A DNA stretch of 64,000 nt from Octopus sinensis (GCF_006345805.1 NC_043008.1:45880001-45944000); one strand, 5' to 3'. Numbered from the stretch's first letter, positions 29,226 through 42,564 are shown. Notes: generated by a model from the sequence alone, not told the origin. Program-made: numbers and translations.

Positions 29226-29595
29226 TGAGATAGAGAATACGAAACCAGACATAGTCTTAATTGAGAAAGAAATCAAATGATGCTGGAACATAGATATAAT
29301 ATGCCCAGCTGACAAGATATACGATAAAGACGAAAGAAAAGTTGATAGATATCACAAGTTAGCTTAGATTTTTAAGCCGTTGTGGTCGGTGTAAAAAGGT
29401 GGGAATGGTACCAATAATTGCTGGATCCCTGGGGACAGTAAATAAAAGCCTTGAGAAATAAAGGAACAAATAGCGGCTGCAATAAAGGTGGAGCACTTGC
29501 AAGAAGCAGCGCTGCTGCGAACCACCCGAATACTTGTAGTGAACAGCTGACATCATGGTACATCACCAGCGTTAGAAGCTGTGCCAAGACAATAA
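29226..29595 (+). mobile_element. 3' end of a third Dong-like family (REL domain)
   Basis: KPDIVLIEK, IDIICPAD, VPIIAGSLG, LQEAALL; preceded by (TAA)n. Confidence 0.75.
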
Positions 29596-29639
29596 TATAA
29601 TAATTATTATTATTATTACAAGATCAATTCCGTTAATAA

Positions 29640-30725
29640 GGTATGGAATAGAAATTTTAGACGACCAAAATCATGCAGAAACTTGACTGAAATAATAAGA
29701 AAGCTGCCCGTCATCCGAAAGCCGAAACCGGCTGTGCTAGGAGAGCGACCTACGTGGAAGGCTTAATTGCTGTTTAAATGTGCGTGCAGATGGAGAGGAA
29801 GGCTTAAGAAAATATTTATAAAACAGCACCGAGATATTACTAAAGTCAGTGAATAAAGAACAGTTTATGATGTGTGGTGTAGGAGAAAAGGACAAGAGGA
29901 AATTCAAAGAAAGCATATTAAACCAATTGAAGGGACACCTTTGCATGGTCAGTTTTGAAAAACCCATAAAACTGTATGTGGAACAAAATTCTGGGGTCAG
30001 TTAAAAAAGAGTGGCAATTAAAAAAGGAAACAGAGAGCATTATTTTACCTGCTCAAGATCAAACTTGAGAAAATGTGTGTATGGGGAGAAGGTTTCAGAA
30101 TAAAGTTGGTTCTCTAGTATTTGGAATGAGACAGTGGAACACATTGTTGCAGAATGTCCCAAGTTACCCCAGGAAGTATATAAGAAATGGAGGAGTGGGG
30201 AAGTTGCGAAAGTTATACGCAGGAAGTTACGTCAGGGGTGGGGATTTGAAGCTGGAAGTACATGGTGTGATCATCGGATCGAGAGAGTGCGAGAGTGAGA
30301 GAAAAGCAAATTGTAACGGGATTTTCCTATTCAAAAAAAAAAAGAAGAAAATAATTGACCAGACACAACAATAATAGATAAAGCAAAGCGAAATTGCTTA
30401 CTAATTGATCCACCGTGTCTGTTTGATTCCAGGATTGCAAAGAAAGAGAATGAAAGATTAAAAAATTACAATCCCTTAACATTTGAAATTGAAAGAATTT
30501 GGAGCATGGATACCGTAAAGGTTCCGCCGATAATTGGTGCGTCGGAACTGAGTGAATGTCTACACAAATGGTTGAAGGGGATTAGAATAGAGTGCCTTGT
30601 AAGAGCTTCTACAGACATTCTGCCTTTTAGGGACAGGGAAGGTTATCAGGAAGATTTTAAGTACATGAACGTCCATTAAAAAATTGTGGTTACATGGAGT
30701 AACCCACTACCCACAGGAACTACGT
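29640..30725 (+). mobile_element. Decayed Dong-like 3' fragment (fourth family)
   Basis: LKKETESIILPAQDQ, ETVEHIVAECPKL, CLLID, CLLGTGKVIRKIL. Confidence 0.75.
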
Positions 30726-30928
30726 AATATCAATAACAACAGCAATAATGATAATAATTATATACTATATATGTGTGTGTGTGTGTGTGTGTGTAAGCTT
30801 GCATATATTTATGAATATGTATGAGTATGTACGTGCATGTATATGTGTTTGCCTGTCTGTCTTTCTCTCACACTCTCTCTCTCTAAATATATATATATGC
30901 GTATGTGTGAGTGTGAGTGTGTGTGTGG

Positions 30929-30969
<41 letters not shown>

Positions 30970-31391
30970 GTATTATTGTATTAGTAATGTTTCGTAAATC
31001 ACAAAAAAAGCCAAATATTTCCGCAGAAATCATCCCTAACGAAATATGAATATAAATATTTTACTTTAAAAGCATCAGATATTTAATTTTTCTTGCACTC
31101 GATAAACATCTTGACATTTATGCATACCTCTATTTATGTGTGATGTGTGTGTGTGTGTGTGGCTATTTGTAAATATATATTTGTGTGTATGTATAACTGT
31201 ATCTATATGTGTGTATGTATACGGTTTAATATGTTCTGATGTTTTTCAAACTCCTTGGGCAAATATTGAAAACAGAACGATAGAGATGATGATGGTAAGT
31301 GGCCAACTTGTATTAATCATTTTTAAGGCCAAAGATTGACATTCACAATAAACACTTTCTGATGGAGAAAATGAGATTGGTGCCTACAGTT

Positions 31392-31423
<32 letters not shown>

Positions 31424-31464
31424 AATAATAATAATAATAATAGTAATAATAATTAAGTCCTTCG

Positions 31465-34008
31465 ACCGCATACTGCGGTATTTTTCAAGGTGACTAACTT
31501 TTACTTTCAAGTTTTTGCATCGCCCCATTACCGCTTACAAGTGAACTTAATGAACAAGGTATGGATATAAAATTGACGACGAGAAGACAAGTCATTTATT
31601 TTATATGGATGATTTAAAACTCTATGGCAAAGACGATAATAAGCTTGAAGGACGACTACGTACTGTGAAAGCATGAAGTGATGATATTGGAATGGAATTT
31701 GGTCTTGATAAATGTGCCAAGGCCACTTTCCAGAAAGGGAAATTAAAGACTTCACATTCAGTGGTGTTGGATGTTGGCACAGTCATGAAAGAACTCGAGC
31801 ACGAACAAACTTACAAATACCTCAGAATAAATGAGAGCTCTGGCATTCAATATGCAAGTATGAAAAAAGAAGATTAGGATGGAGTGTGACAGGATAGTTC
31901 GATGAGTCCTAAAATCCGAGTTAAATGCACGTAACAAGTCCCTGTTGTTATTTATCGTCGTTTCAATGTGTTGAACTGGAATATGAGCGAAATACGGAAG
32001 ATTGACAGGAAAATCCGTAAGCTGCTGATTTGCAATTAAGAGCGCCACCTAAATGCAGACGCATATCGTCTTTACCCACCCAGAAATCTAGGAGGTCGAG
32101 ACTTGATCAATTTGAATTCTCCTACAAAACCATCACAAATGGTCTGGCAAAATATCTTGATACATCTTAAAGCTCGTTGAAAACCATGAAAGGCGCAAGA
32201 AGCTTCATTATGAAGGAGAGCAAAGAATTTTTAAGTGAGTTTATGTATGATACAAAGATGGAACAGCATGATGGAAGTGCTACAACTATAGTTGCAAAGA
32301 AAGTGAAATCAATTCAGTTCAATTCAATTCAATTTTATTGGCTCAAAAAGCAAAAGCAAGGTCATGTAGGGGGACAGGGAGTTATGTACAGAGAGGGTGG
32401 TCATACAAAGAGTTCAGGCCATTTCTGGTCAAGAGAGTATTTGAACCGAGTGGTCGTCGGCATCTTCACTATCTCGTCCGGCAGCTTATTCCACGGATCC
32501 GCAACCCGGACGGAGAAAGCCCCTCGCCTTCGATTGAGATGAAATCGTCGTAGATAGAGCTTTTTGGAGTGACCCCGCAGCCCACGCTCTGGAGCAGGAG
32601 TGAAGAACAGCTCTTTCGAGAGGTTACACCATCCGCTTATGATGTTGTGAGCAAGAATGAGATCACCAAGGCGTCGTCGTTTTTTGAGAGAATAAAGGTA
32701 GAGCGTCTTCAGCCTTTCTTCATAAGACAAATGCTTGAGACCAAGAACCATGCGGGTAGCCAGCTTCTGGACTCTTTCGAGATGATGTATGTCTTTGAGG
32801 AGATAAGGAGAAGAGGCTTGAATCCCGTACTCCAATATGGGTCTCACCAGCGTGACATAGAGCGGTAGGAATATGGCTGCCGTAAGCATTCCGAATGACC
32901 GTCGAATCAAAAACAGAACTTCGCGTGCTTTGTTAGCAGCACGGATGCATTGGGCCGAAGGCAAAAAGGAAGAAACTACCAAGATACCCAGTTCCTTTAC
33001 TTGGTCGGTCTTCTCCAGCAAAGCAAAATGCGCTTGAACAATTGGCTGATAGGAGGGAACGAAAACCTCTGCATGACAAATGTGTGGCCTGTAGCAAATA
33101 AGCTGATGCAAACCAGAAGCATTCGTATTAGTGGCTATGGAACTCAGGGTTAAAGGCAAAGAGTGAAGGCTTTATCTTGGCTGCCCAAATTCAGAACTTA
33201 TTGATCCGGAACTATCAAGCCAGTGTGATGAAAAAGTGTGTAGACACAAAGTGCCGATACTGCAACGGTGGGATTGAAACAGTGGATCACCTAATCTCTG
33301 GATGTAGGGTTTTAGCACCTGTAGTGTACAAAGCAAGATATGACAGAGCTGGCCAGTATCTACATTAGATAAAATGAAAACTGCTGACAAATGCACCATC
33401 CTAGGCTGTAACTGAGGGAGAAGATGTAACTATTCTCTGGGCCTTCCCAGTAAGTACAGACTGGACCATCAAGGCAAATAAACCAGCGATTGTTGTGAAA
33501 GACAAAAACAAAGTTTATTTATTGATTGACATGAGCATACCGTGTGACCATAATATTTCGGTAAGAAGAATTTGATAAGCGCAGAAGATATCAAGATTTC
33601 CTAATCGAAATCAAAAAGATGTGGCATCTGAAGACGGTTACAATACCAGTGATTGTAGGAGCACTGGGAAAGATCAGAAAAAAGAACTGAAAATTATCTA
33701 AGAATGATCCCTGGCTTACCATCCATGCAGGAAGTGCAAATGATTGTCTTAATTGCTACGTCACAAGTGTTGAAAAGAGCATCGTCGCTGGGAATTTTCT
33801 TTCTTTTTCGCCCTTTATTTTATTTATTTACTTCTTTATTTTATTTTTTCTCTTTTCTCTCTGTTTCCCCTTTTTTCTCTATCACATGACTCTGTAAATG
33901 AACAATCTGGTGTGCTTGTTTTTATGGCCTACCAGTGTATACAATATATTTTTCTGCCCTAAGTGTCAGGAAGACACTCGGCAAGAAGTGGGAACGGAAT
34001 TGAAATCA
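31465..34008 (+). mobile_element. R4/Dong-type LINE, 5'-truncated, interrupted by CR1
   Basis: GIFQGD, HLFYMDDLKLY, DIGMEFGLDKC, CRYC..ETVDHLISGC zinc knuckle, IPVIVGALG; ends in (TAA)n at 34009. Confidence 0.9.
32308..33017 (-). mobile_element. CR1-clade LINE 3' fragment
   Basis: Open RT C-terminus (LYVTLVRPILEY, LERVQKLATRMV, SYEERLK, RGHSKKL, FSVRV..WNKLP), short 3' UTR, (ATTGA)n tail. Confidence 0.9.
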
Positions 34009-34027
34009 TAATAATAATAATAATAAT

Positions 34028-34465
34028 TGCCCTGATGCAGTACCAGGCTGTGGCTCTCGTGGCTTCTGATCTTAACAGATTTGAAGTGTTATCATGTACA
34101 TTGTTTTGTCTTGGTATAAAAGATGGGCTACAACAAATATTCTGCTCAATACCACAGATTTGCTTGTCAATTGTTTGACCTTAACCAGTTGAGCATGTCC
34201 CTTTGTGACTGACGATATGTGCAGGTCTGATCACGTGTAGAAGTAGTGGGGGAGCATCATAGTAATGTGTTGAAGAATTATTTGGGATTTGAATAATTCA
34301 TCTCTGGAAACATGGGTGTTTCGTTCAATATCCTTAAACAACCCTTATTCAGGGAACTGTTGAGCGGGATGGGTTACTCGACCAGAAGAAAAAATTAACC
34401 GGGCCCCACCTTTGATGGCATGCACTGCTCTCTCTCACTCAGTAATAATAATAATAATAATAATA

Positions 34466-34521
<56 letters not shown>

Positions 34522-35085
34522 TAATAATAATAATAATATAATAATAATAATAATAATAAATAATAATAATAATAATAATAATTTGGAAGTGTTATCATGT
34601 ACATTGTTTTGTCTTGGTATAAAAGATGGGCTACAGCAAATATTCTGCTCAATACCACAGATTTGCTTGTCAGTTGTTTGACCTTAACCAGTTGAGCATG
34701 TCCCTTAGTGGCTGACGATATGTGCATCTCTGATCACGAGCAGAAGTAGTGGGGGAGCATCATAGCCATGTGTTGAGAGGGATTCTTTGGGGTTTGAATA
34801 GTTTACCTCTGGAAACATGGGTGGTTCTTTCAACATCCTTAAACAACCCTTATTCAGGGACCGTTTGAGCGGGATGGGCTACTCAACCTGAGGAAAATTC
34901 TAACTGGGCCCCACCTGCAAGGTCATGTGCTGTTTATCTTGATATGAGATCACCATGTCGCGCACATATGGTTGTGATGCATGTGCCTGGTGTACCTTTA
35001 TCAGACGGGTAGTCATGATGGGTATATTGGGCTTCGTATATTTTACCCCAGTGTCACTTTGATGGCATGAACTGCTCTCTCACTC

Positions 35086-35131
<46 letters not shown>

Positions 35132-35608
35132 GCTTCTGATCTTAACTGATTGGAAGTGTTATCATGTACATTGTTTAGTCTTGGTATAAAAGATGGGCTA
35201 CAGCAAATATTCTGCTCAATACCACAGATTTGCTTGTCAGTTGTTTGACCTTAACCAGTTGAGCAGAAGTAGTGGGGGAGCATCATAGTAATGTGTTGAA
35301 AGGGAATCTTTGGGGTTTGAATAATTCACCTCTTGAAACATGGGTGGTTCGTTCAACATCATTAAACAACCCGTATTGAGGGACTTTTTGAGCGGGATGG
35401 ATTACTCGACCTGAAGAAAATTCTAACTGGGCCCCACCTGCAAGTTCATGTGCTGTTAATCTTGATATGAGATCACCATGTCGTGCACATATGGTTGTGA
35501 TGCAAGTGACTAGTGTACCCTTATCAGACGGGTAGTCATGATGGGTATACTGGGCTTCGTATATTTTAACCCAGTGTCACTTTGATGGCCTGCACTGCTC
35601 TCTCACTC
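34028..35608 (+). mobile_element. Three head-to-tail copies of the ~555-bp TAA-associated retroposon
   Basis: Copies 34028-34440, 34583-35085 and 35129-35608 separated by (AAT)n. Confidence 0.9.
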
Positions 35609-35906
35609 AATAACAATAACAGCATAGTCATGTGTAAGCGAGTTGCTGGGAAGATACAACAAATCTGAAACCATCATGAAGCAGAAATTAAGAATTTGCA
35701 AAAACAATGAAAGAAAACAGAAACATATTCTACACCAAGTGGCCTAGTGCTCCGAGAAACCTGGATTATTATAATATTTTATAATATATTATAATATTTT
35801 TACAAAATAAATATAATATTACGTCGGATGTAATCAATTGAACCACACGCGTATTTATCGTTATGGTAAAATCTGGCGTGTGATTGAGTGGATTTCATCC
35901 AGATAG

Positions 35907-35988
35907 TTTTGGCTGAGGATCTACAAGTGGATTTTTTTGTAAGTAAAATGACATTTAATTCATTAATGGTGAAACAATTGTCCCAAAA
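35907..35988 (+). ncRNA. Hammerhead ribozyme copy 1 (stem II closing pair mutated)
   Basis: TTTTGG-CTGAGGA-TCTA...TGGT-GAAA-CAATTG-TC-CCAAAA. Confidence 0.65.
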
Positions 35989-36460
35989 TAATCTGTATTT
36001 TTGTTATTTTTTATTTGCCCTCTCCGTGTGAGCTAACAATCGTACTGACTTTCATGGGAAACATGTATTTTTGTGGTTGAAACCTTTTGGATTAACTGGT
36101 GCTAGAGTGAGCCATATAGTGACCACTCTCTTATATTTATTTTGTAAAAATATTATAATATATTATAAAATATTATAATATATTATAAAATATTATAATA
36201 AACCAGGTTTCTCGGAGCACTAGGCCACTTGGTGTAGAATAGATATACTATTAAATTAGTATCTAATTCTCTCACCCTTATTAATTAATTATAATTATGC
36301 TGCATTTACTTCTAAATGCTGTATTTGTTTTCGTGAAAATTTGGCGCGCTGTTAGTTGGGGCATTTGAATTATAACGTCGGATGTAATCAATTGAACCAC
36401 ACGCGTATTTATCGTTATGGTAAAATCTGGCGTGTGATTGAGTGGATTTCATCCAGATAG

Positions 36461-36541
36461 TTTTGGCTGAGGAGCTACAAGTGGATTTTTTTGTAAGTAA
36501 AATTACATTAATTCATTAATGGCGAAACAATTGTCCCAAAA
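36461..36541 (+). ncRNA. Hammerhead ribozyme copy 2 (intact core, GUC site)
   Basis: TTTTGG-CTGAGGA-GCTA...TGGC-GAAA-CAATTG-TC-CCAAAA; 6-bp stem I, G-C closed stem II, palindromic stem III. Confidence 0.8.
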
Positions 36542-36690
36542 TAATCTGTATTTTTGTTATTTTTTATTTGCCCTGTCCGTGTGAGCTAACAATCGTACTG
36601 ACTTTCATGGGAAACATGTATTTTTGTGGTTGAAACCTTTTGGATTAACTGGTGCTAGAGTGAGCCATATAGTGACCACTCTCTTATATT

Positions 36691-36731
<41 letters not shown>

Positions 36732-37164
36732 AAAACGGCTTCCCCCCAGATGAACCATTGTAGGAGCATGTGCGTAAAAATGTCAACATTTTTATACGAA
36801 ACCTGCAAAGCTGTAAAATTTTAATTAAATATACGTCCATATTTATACAAGATCTTCTCGGTCTCTCGCTGATGCACCAATAATAATTATAATTAGAACT
36901 AAATCAACTCATATCAACACATATCCCTCGGTGTTGCTCAGTTAAAACGAAATCCATAACAAACTCAACCAAAAGGTGGAAGAACGGCGGACAATCATAA
37001 ATACTATGAAATATTTGATGATCTATGATTTACACAAACTACTATTCAACCCCTCAAGATACAAGAATATCTCGTATTGTATTTACCCAACAATAGGAAC
37101 AAAAAGATGTCGAAAAATAAAAGTAATGATGACAATGTATACGAATGTTACCTTACATTAGTTT

Positions 37165-37900
37165 ATGAGTGACAGGAGTAATCGAAGAAACTCAGATAGT
37201 AACAGTGAAAATGAAACTGGACGATTAAGGGAAGGCCTTTCCCTCGGCAGTGGTTCAGTAAAGATGCAGACTGACCACAACTGTCATCCTAATACAGCAT
37301 CAGCAGATAACAGAGCAAGGATGAGGAATTGGACCACCGAAGAAAACAGGATAGTGATACAGTGCTGCTTAGAAAGTGAAGCTAAAAGAAGGGGTTAAAG
37401 AAAACGGATGTTAACACTTTACGTAGAGAAAGATATGTTTAAAGTCATTGAGCAGAGATTAGTTGATCAAGTTAATGTTATTAGAAGAAAGTGGATGACA
37501 GAATTGGAGATAGAAGAGATCACAAGAGAACTGGAAAAGAAAGACTAGGCAACGGGAATCACTAACAACAATATAAAAGATACAGCAAAAACAACAAAGA
37601 AGAATCCAAATGAAAAAATAACAATAGCGCAACCAGTAAGGAAGGGACAACTGGCATCAAAGGCTTAAGCAATTTAAGTGAGGAAGATCGAAAAACTTTA
37701 GATATGTTGCGGGAAGTAATGAGTAAAGAAGTAAGAAAAAGATTTCTGGCATTAAAATGCACCAACAGAAGCAAGCTGCTAGAAATGACTAGTAAAGTAC
37801 ATTCTGTTATCAGTAGAATAGATACTAAAGATATAGGAGACAGTAACTTAATGATCTATGCAGAAGATTAGTAGTAGATTAGGAGACAGTAACTTAATGA
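37165..37900 (+). mobile_element. N-terminal fragment of an R4/Dong-type LINE ORF
   Basis: NWTTEENRIVIQCC.ES...RG*RKRM...EQRLVDQV motif typical of this clade. Confidence 0.75.
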
Positions 37901-38739
37901 TCACCAGAAGATTAGATCGAATCTTATCTGCATGTAATCGTGAAATTATTCTTTCCTGGGACAAAGTATTTGCCCGGCTCCGTTGTGCAGTTTTACTGGC
38001 TTGTTGTCCCACATGATTCCGTTTCTCCGTTTTGAACACTTTCAAGCTTTTAGAAGATTCACTATTTTAATGATCGCCATTTCAATAGACTCATTTTCTG
38101 AACGGACATAAAAAATATCACACATTTCCACCATCATTAATCATTGCAGTGATTTGATTGTCGATAAACCTGTAGCAGATATTTTTACATTGTAATCCTT
38201 TACTGAACAGACATTATGGGGGGAGAATATTCCTGCTAGACTCAGTTTCCTATTGATTACGGTATTCTTTTAGAAGTTCATTTTATTCGCGCAAGAAATA
38301 ACCTTTCCGGTGGATATACCGCGGCTGATTATTTGTCAGAGTTGTTATAAGCTATGGTGACGACGTGGATGATGTATTTATATCTATTTGATGTGTCCCT
38401 TCTGTTGCTAACCTTGCCATCAGCTTCAACAACACTGGTGTAGCTCATGACAGTGATCGTGAGGTTACTTTTCGTAGATTTGTCATAGTTCTTGGTGTAT
38501 CAACGAAATCGTAGGATTTCCTTCTTTCTTCCTTTCATTTGAGGGAAAACGTTGTATTAGTGCTTCACTGACCAGTTAGAGTACAAGCATAGCATGATTT
38601 TGGCAGAAAAAAGAAAACAAGTTGTTTAAATAGGCAAAGTCCAGTACAGTTATAACATAACCATGGATCGATATAAAACTGTGATGCTCAGATTAGGATA
38701 ACTGACAAGAATGTCATTCCAAGGCACAGAGATCAGAAA

Positions 38740-38900
38740 CCAGTTGATTCCTTCGACACAATTGCTCAACGGATTGTTACTTTAACGATATTGAAAGGAT
38801 GAAAAGTAGAGTCGAGTGCAAATGTACGTAAAAAAAATCAGAACATAAAAGCCTGTAAGTTAATCTGGTACTGGTCTATCAATTCCGCCAATCCACCTTT
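38740..38900 (-). mobile_element. Old SINE family A remnant
   Basis: GAAAGGATGAAAAGTAGAGTCGA...AATTCCGCCAATCCACC resembles the other copies. Confidence 0.45.
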
Positions 38901-40086
38901 TAAAATAATATTTGAAGAAATGTTGCTATCTTTGGTGATTCATCATTGGATAATGTTAATGACGATGTTGATGATGATGATGACGATGATGATCATGATG
39001 ATGATCATGATGATAACGACGATGATGAGATTTTAAAATTCACCTAACAACAAATAATTGTGGTAATAAGGATTAGTCTGTTGAAACCTCAGCAGCAGCA
39101 ACGCATCGCCATCTCTCCGCCTGCCTCCTCCTCCTTACTACACAAGCGTCTCTCATAAAAATCATTGGAAAATCTTCAGGTAATGGAAGTTGTTTTCTTT
39201 TATCTTTTTTTCTATTTCTTCAGGAAACATTGACTTAACTCTTTTTACAACGTTTGTATAGTTTTCTGCCATAAATGACATGTTTAATGTTTTTGGATCA
39301 CGTTATTAATTTTATGACAAAATCACCCTCGACATTTTATAGCAATCATTTTTTTGTATATAATCTATTTACAGAATTCGCTGAGAATTTTCTGCGATTT
39401 TTTTTTATTCATCCTCATATTAAGAATACGAACAAGTTATCGATTATCTTCTTCAGCTTATTATTCTTAAAATTTTATAATTTTTCTTGTTTTCTTGTTT
39501 AGAAATTGATGTCAACCTTCACGCTATGTTTGTTCCCCGTGGAATGTCGACATGATGCTACTCTGTGTTAACATTGCTATATTCTAGTTGAAAATTGCAG
39601 CCAACATAAAATAGCCAGCAGGGTGTAAGAGGAGGGAATCTCCCACTGACTCCTAACACTACTGGTGTTCACCATATACTGACACATTTATACATACGTT
39701 TATATGTGTGTGTGGGTGCGCGTGTATATGTCTGTATGCATATGTGTGTGTGTGCATTTGTGTGTTAATCCAAACACACGTTTTTTTTCTTTTCTTTTCT
39801 CATCGCTTGTCAAATTCAATAACGATGAAAATATAAAAAAATATATTCAAACCCGTCCACAATATTGAAAGCAAGTCATAATTAACGACAGAAAGAGTTT
39901 TCTTGATTTTTCAGACTTTCGAAGTTTTTCCAGCAGAGGTGGAGGACTGCATAGGTAAATCCAATTTGAAACATCGCTGAATGGAGGAAACCAAATATGT
40001 AGATAATATAAGACGTGAAAGCATATTTAACAAACAAAATCGGCTTAGAGAATGCTTCCTATTTGTAGATCGTTGTATGACTGAAT

Positions 40087-40117
<31 letters not shown>

Positions 40118-40242
40118 TGAGATAGTTTTTGTGAAGTATTGTAAGGTGTAATGTAATGAATGTAGATGTGTAAGCCTGGAACAATACGAGAAAGTACAAA
40201 GTAAAGTACAAATTAAAAACAGAACAAAGTTGCAGTACCTTG

Positions 40243-40284
40243 TATTTCTATATTTCGGGGTAAAGACCCTTTCTTCAGGACATT
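40243..40284 (-). ncRNA. Decayed minimal hammerhead-like motif
   Basis: Minus strand ATGTC-CTGAAGA-A-AGGG-TCTTTA-CCCC-GAAA-TATA-GAAAT. Confidence 0.5.
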
Positions 40285-42034
40285 CAGAAAAGCGATGGTT
40301 GGGTATGTTTGCAGCTCAGAAGTGTGTGAGGGTACACATACTCAGAAGTGTGTGTGAGGGCATATATGCGTTTGACTGTTTGTGTGTGAAATTCCAGACA
40401 CGAAGGCGAAATCTGGAATAGAAGGGCTTTAACTAAACTTAAATAGTTGAATTAAAATCTAATAAAAGACAAAGCTTGTAATTAAGTCTTTTTATACCGA
40501 CCTCCCGAAACTGCCACGTGTTCTACAAAGCCGGATATAGTTTGATGAAAGCCAAATACCAAGTCGGAGTTTATTGCGTATGAGTCTTTCATTTAGAATG
40601 AATTGTTGATTGTGCGGCACTTGTTCGAATTACGGTGTCGCATAAACTTGACAGTTGTTCATATATTTATTATAGATTGGGAAGCACATCAAGTTGGTGT
40701 TACACTTTCACCTCTCATAATGCTCAAGCTTAAGCAGGACGGAAAACGGAATTTTGATTATGACCAGTTTTGCATAGTTTATTGATTTCTACCGTGCGTT
40801 TTTACAATATTCGATAACATGTAGTATTTAATTGATGTAAAGTTTTGTAACCAATAAAGTAGTTGATACTTCAAGCAATAAAATCTTTGAGATTGAGAAA
40901 CCTGCATTAGAATTAGAAGAGGCAAATTGAAACTATCAATATTTTAAATTACCAAAAAGGATATTTCGCTAAAAGAAGGTCTCTGTGATTCTCTTTGCTT
41001 TTGTAACACTACAGATATGAAGTGACTTGATATGTTTTTATCTTATGTAGATATTTAAAAAATAATCAAATGAAATTGGGAACCTTGAGGAAATTCTGAA
41101 TAACATTTACAGAGTAATGAGAAAATAGCTTTTATGCAAAAAAGCAATTTCGTTATTAGAAAGGAGTTTTATCTGCAGTGGTTTTTATGGTTGTAGCGAT
41201 CTTTTAATTTGTTTATTGATTAATTAGTTTCTGATTACACGATGAGGATTTAATGTCCTTGTCTTTATATGTCGATCACCTTAATCATTTGAACTAATAT
41301 ACATTAATCATGATACTGAGAGCTTCACTTCTCTAATATATTGACTTTTCGGTGAAAAACTATGTAGCAAGTGTTCCGAACGAAAGATCACACATTCCCA
41401 CCGTCATTAATCATTCCAGTGATTTGATTATCGATAAACCTCTACCAAATATTTTTTTTTCATTGTAATAGGAATGAATTATTTCTACTTATCACAGACT
41501 GCATCATTAACCTTTTGTAAGAAATATACCTTTAATGGCGACATGACTTACATAAAATCTGATTAAATATTTCCTTCCATACTTACTTGTCAAATATCTT
41601 GTATTAGCATTTGCAGGCAATGAATTCTTAATGAAGTTCGCCCAATGAGAAACCATTAGACTCATGTTCATCAGAGTTGTAAAAAAACATTGTGTTGGGG
41701 CTTTCTTCTGTTCAATTAGTAACATAAATGAATGCTAGTGTTTACATCGAATGAGATGGTCAAATGATTGCAATTACAATATGGCTGCTGTATTACATGG
41801 TACAACGTAAAACACATACATGTACACTCAAGTTGAATATTACAAGCTTTCATTATATGTGAACGCTGTAAAAAGGATTGGTCAACCAAACTAGAAGTAA
41901 TTTTTACCAATTGAATTATATACATTTAAAATGTGGCAGATGACCATTTCGCTTAGAATATTATACACCGACGTAAGTATTTGCTTACTACCGTTGCCAG
42001 ATGTCACGACATGAGGAAAATAACGCACTCAAAT

Positions 42035-42092
<58 letters not shown>

Positions 42093-42173
42093 ACGTTTAG
42101 TCCACAACGAAAGATATATATATATACATTTATCTCTGTCTGTCTGTCACTGTATATATATATATATATATGC

Positions 42174-42204
<31 letters not shown>

Positions 42205-42207
42205 TGC

Positions 42208-42240
<33 letters not shown>

Positions 42241-42249
<9 letters not shown>

Positions 42250-42389
42250 TTAGAGACAAAACCACTATTTTGCAAAACAAACAAGGAAAGACTTAATCAA
42301 TACATAAAATTTTAATAAAATTTTATGTATTGATTAAGTCTTTCCTTGCTTGTTTTGCAAAATAGTGGTTTTGTCTCTAATTAATATTA
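42241..42389. repeat. 74-bp-arm near-perfect palindrome between (TA)n tracts
   Basis: Arms 42241-42314 and 42316-42389, one mismatch; unique tail to ~42472. Confidence 0.9.
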
Positions 42390-42483
42390 TATAATATTTT
42401 ACTATAAAATTGGATTTAATCCTAAATCTGATTTTTTTCGCTGTAAATTTGGATTTATTCCCTAATATTTATTATATATATAT

Positions 42484-42518
<35 letters not shown>

Positions 42519-42532
42519 GTATGTATATAGAA

Positions 42533-42563
<31 letters not shown>

Positions 42564-42564
42564 G

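Larger units (their letters stand above)
35727..36696 (+). mobile_element. Non-coding retrozyme/PLE-like element: inverted tail plus two hammerhead-bearing direct repeats
   Basis: Direct repeats 35821-36143 and 36375-36696; 35727-35816 is an inverted copy of 36131-36240; ends in (TA)n. Confidence 0.8.

Noticed and set aside
36730-36960. CAGATGA...CGAAA and CTGATGC...CGAAA as hammerheads
   Set aside because: Mutated cores with no pairing stem I or palindromic stem III
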